NCBI GenBank assembly: GCA_030390025.1
Contig: CM059438.1
Span: 61,878,001 to 61,942,000, forward strand
DNA length: 64,000 nucleotides
Direction of reading: 5' to 3'
Source: Squalus acanthias
Lineage: Eukaryota
Shown here: positions 61,330 through 64,000 of the stretch, piece by piece
How the letters are laid out: every line of letters begins with the position of its first letter
Position numbering within the stretch: the stretch's first letter is position 1
Translations under genes and position numbers: made by a program
Notes under the pieces: model-generated
The model's database searches: none
Seen by the model: only the letters and a program-made list of their open reading frames with translations
Told to the model about the DNA's origin: nothing

Positions 61330-61870
61330 GCCCAATCATTCGCCTCAGCAGCTCTGCGCTGTGAAGCCAGGCGCGATTCCACCGGCACTCAAAGCCTCGG
61401 GCGGGCGGTGCAGCGGCCACTGGCGGGCGAAGGGCGCAGTCACGTGCCACGGCACGCGCTCCGCTCCAACTGTCATCATCATCATCATCACAGTGAGCGA
61501 GCAAGGGAGCGTCGTTGTGATTGGCCAGAACCCAGTTGTCAATCAGCGAAGCGCGATATCCTTTCTTTGGGCGGTTGGGGAGGAGGTAATTTTTTGTTTT
61601 GTGTGTGTGCCGGAAGTAAGCGTGGTCTGCCCGAAGGAGAGCGCGCGCGAGACACAGACAGACAGAGAGACAGTCAGTCTGCGAGTGGGTGAGTGGTCGG
61701 CCGCGCGCGGGCTCACTGTTCTAGCGCCGCGCGCGAGAGGTGGCGGTAGCGGCGGCTGCGGTTGGGCGCGCCAGGGCTGCAGTGCCGGGAGCTGGTGTCT
61801 GGGGGGCGCTCGGCCTCCCCGGGTGGAGGAGGGGCAGCGGCGGCGGCAGCGCGGTGAGTGAGTGAGTGCA
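61330..61870 (+). promoter_or_regulatory. CpG-island promoter with probable non-coding first exon of an unidentified gene
   Basis: CpG-dense. CCAAT 61332, E-box GTCACGTG 61439-61446, inverted CCAAT 61520, ETS CCGGAAGT 61610-61617, donor-like GTGAGT at 61689 and 61854. No ATG between the ETS site and the donors. Confidence 0.7.
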
Positions 61871-61878
61871 GGGAAAGC

Positions 61879-62143
61879 AGGGTTGCCAACTCTCCACACG
61901 ATTGCCCTGGAGTTTCCAGGGATCAAAGACTAATCTCCCAGGGGCAACTGCTGCGAGCAAACACCGGGAGAGAAAAAAAAAATCATAAAAATTGGCATTT
62001 AGAAAACAAAAATCTTTCGGCCACTTTTTGTTCAGTTGTAACAATATTGGGACATTGAGGAGGGGAGACTTTGACTGGAAGTGGCGGTTGGAGATCGTGT
62101 GATGAAACCTCCAGGAATGTGTCCAAGCAGAGTTGGCAACCCT
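61879..62143. mobile_element. hAT-like MITE with perfect 15-bp TIR
   Basis: AGGGTTGCCAACTCT (61879-61893) and AGAGTTGGCAACCCT (62129-62143). Same family as 1-299. No clean TSD seen. Confidence 0.75.
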
Positions 62144-62369
62144 CGCTTTCAATGTCCATGCAGTCCTTGGTCACTTTCTGCTGATCTGGGATTAATGCAG
62201 TTTGAAAGTATTATTGATTGGGTTTAGTTTGCTTTAGAGGAGTAAAGCTGTCTCGGGCAGTTTAATCTGTTGTGTGCCAGTTATTAAAGGATAAGGATGT
62301 GCAGGGCCACCATGCAGGCATGTTTTCCAAGGGTTGTGAGACTGTTCCCAGGTTAGTCCAGTCCGTTAT

Positions 62370-62737
62370 AACAACAGAAAACGCTGGAAAAACTCAGCAG
62401 GCCAGGCAACATCCGTGGAGAGAGAAAGAGAGTTAACGTTTCAGGTCGAAACCCTTCGTCCGAACTGAGAGAGCAAGAAATAAACAGATAAAAATGCAAG
62501 GGGGAGGCTGGGGGGAGGAATAAAAGAACAAAAGGGATGGTCTTAGTGAGTAGAGACATTGAGAGATGCTCAAGGCAAGACGAGATGGTAATGGGACAGG
62601 TTGAGAAACAAAAGGTAAGGTGTGAAATGCTGGCAGAATCAGAGACAGCTGCCGTGGGGGGAGAGAGAGAAAAAAAAGGAAAAAGGCACGGACCAAAAGA
62701 GTGGATAAAATGTATACATATGTGGTAGGGGCCGGGG
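62370..62737 (-). mobile_element. Penelope 3' region/terminal repeat with a core-variant hammerhead motif (62431-62466)
   Basis: Minus strand AGTT-CGGACGA-A-GGGT(TTCG)ACCT-GAAA-CGTT-AACT; homologous to 1735-1871. Confidence 0.78.
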
Positions 62738-64000
62738 TTATGATCTGAAATTGTTGAACTCGATATTGAGTCCGGAAGGCTGTAAAGTGCCTAAACGGAA
62801 GATGAGGTGCTGTTCCTCGAGCTTACGCTGCGCTTCCGTGGAACAATGCAAGAGGCCGAGGACGGTGAGGTCTGAGTGAGCGTGGAGGGGTGAATTAAAA
62901 TGACAAGCGACCGGAAGCTCAGGGTCACCCTTCCGGACTGAACGGAGGTGTTCCGCAAAGCGGTCACCCAATCTGCGTTTGGTCTCCCCAATGTAGAGGA
63001 GACCACATCGTGAGCAGCGAATACAGTATACTAGATTGCAAGAAGTACAAGTAAATCGCTGTTTCACCTGGAAGGGGTGTTTGGGGCCCTGGAGAGTGGG
63101 AAGGGGGGGTGTATAAGGGCAGGTGTTGCATCTCCTGCGCTTGCACGGGAAGGTGCCGGGCGAAGGGGAAGGGGTGCTGGGGGTGATAGAGGAGTGGACT
63201 AGGGTGTCTCGGAGGGAGCGGTCCCTACGGAATGCTGAAAGGGGAGGTGAGGGGAAGATACGTTTGGTGGTGGGATCACGTTGGAGGTGGCGGAAATGGC
63301 GGAGGATGATCCGTTGAATGTGGAGGCTGGTGGGGTGAAAGGTGAGGACAAGGGGAACTCTATCGTGGTTCCGGGAGGGAGGGGCCGGGGTGAGGGCAGA
63401 AGTGCGGGAGATGGAACGGACACGGTCGAGGGCCGTGTTGACCCCGGTAGAGGGGAATCCTCGGTTGAGGAAAAAGGAAGACATGTCGGAAGCACTGGTA
63501 TGGAAGGTGGCATCGTCGGAGCAGATGCGGCGGAGACGGAGAAACTGGGAGAAGGGAATAGAGTCCTTACAGGAGGTGGGGTGGGAGGAAGTGTAGTCCA
63601 GGTAGCTGTGGGAGTCAGTGGGCTTGTAGTAAATGTTGGTCAATAACCTATCCCCAGAGATGGAAACGGAGAAGTCGAGGAAGGGGAGGGAAGAGTCGGA
63701 GATGTACCATGTGAAGGTGAGGGAAGGGTGGAAATTGGAGGCAAAGTGAATGAAATTGTCTAGTTCAGGGCGAGAGCAGGAAACGGCACCGATACAGTCG
63801 TCAATGTACCGGAAAAAGAGGTGAGGGAGGGGACCCGAGTAGGACTGGAACAAAGAGTGTTCCACATATCCCACGAAAAGGCAGGCATAGCTGGGACCCA
63901 TGCGGGTACCCATAGCAACACCTTTGATTTGGAGGAAATGAGTGGAGTCAAAGGAGAAGTTGTTCAATGTGAAAACAAGTGCAGCCAGGCGGAAGAGGGT
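62738..64000 (-). CDS. Penelope-like element ORF: reverse transcriptase + GIY-YIG endonuclease (5' part beyond the window)
   Basis: QIKGVAMGTRMGPSYA, FFRYIDD, LPFLD, YYKPT, Cys motif CKRRRCNTC, NLVYCIRCSRCGLLYIGETKRRLGDRFAEH, QPSGLN. At least 409 aa open. Confidence 0.93.
   Translation of the reverse strand, partial: TLFRLAALVFTLNNFSFDSTHFLQIKGVAMGTRMGPSYACLFVGYVEHSLFQSYSGPLPHLFFRYIDDCIGAVSCSRPELDNFIHFASNFHPSLTFTWYISDSSLPFLDFSVSISGDRLLTNIYYKPTDSHSYLDYTSSHPTSCKDSIPFSQFLRLRRICSDDATFHTSASDMSSFFLNRGFPSTGVNTALDRVRSISRTSALTPAPPSRNHDRVPLVLTFHPTSLHIQRIILRHFRHLQRDPTTKRIFPSPPLSAFRRDRSLRDTLVHSSITPSTPSPSPGTFPCKRRRCNTCPYTPPLPTLQGPKHPFQVKQRFTCTSCNLVYCIRCSRCGLLYIGETKRRLGDRFAEHLRSVRKGDPELPVACHFNSPLHAHSDLTVLGLLHCSTEAQRKLEEQHLIFRLGTLQPSGLNIEFNNFRS

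Overview
Vertebrate genomic DNA, most likely from a cartilaginous fish (shark); this is inferred from the repeat landscape, and the species cannot be determined from the sequence. The one host gene fully resolved is ZMYND19 (MIZIP) on the + strand. It has six coding exons (23239-23289, 27970-28029, 31411-31517, 44710-44850, 46609-46789, 50046-50189) that join to 227 aa, a CpG-island promoter, a GC-AG intron 4 with a competing in-frame GT donor, and a repeat-free 3' region of about 3.2 kb. A second CpG island at about 61.3-61.9 kb probably starts an unidentified gene. Most of the rest is nested transposable elements: many CR1 LINEs (two near-identical near-full-length copies in opposite orientation, and one intact ORF2 inserted into a SINE), L2 and Tx1 fragments, Deu-domain SINEs, PIF/Harbinger remnants and MITEs, hAT-type MITEs, and Penelope-like elements. 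The most notable signals are several minimal hammerhead-ribozyme motifs in Penelope terminal repeats (one inside a perfect 84-bp palindrome with a 13-bp target-site duplication), a degenerate phage-type HNH motif in ZMYND19, a SINE-supplied ATG in frame with an intact CR1 ORF2, and an unexplained intronic hairpin. All calls were made by eye, and repeat boundaries are approximate unless a TSD or TIR is quoted.
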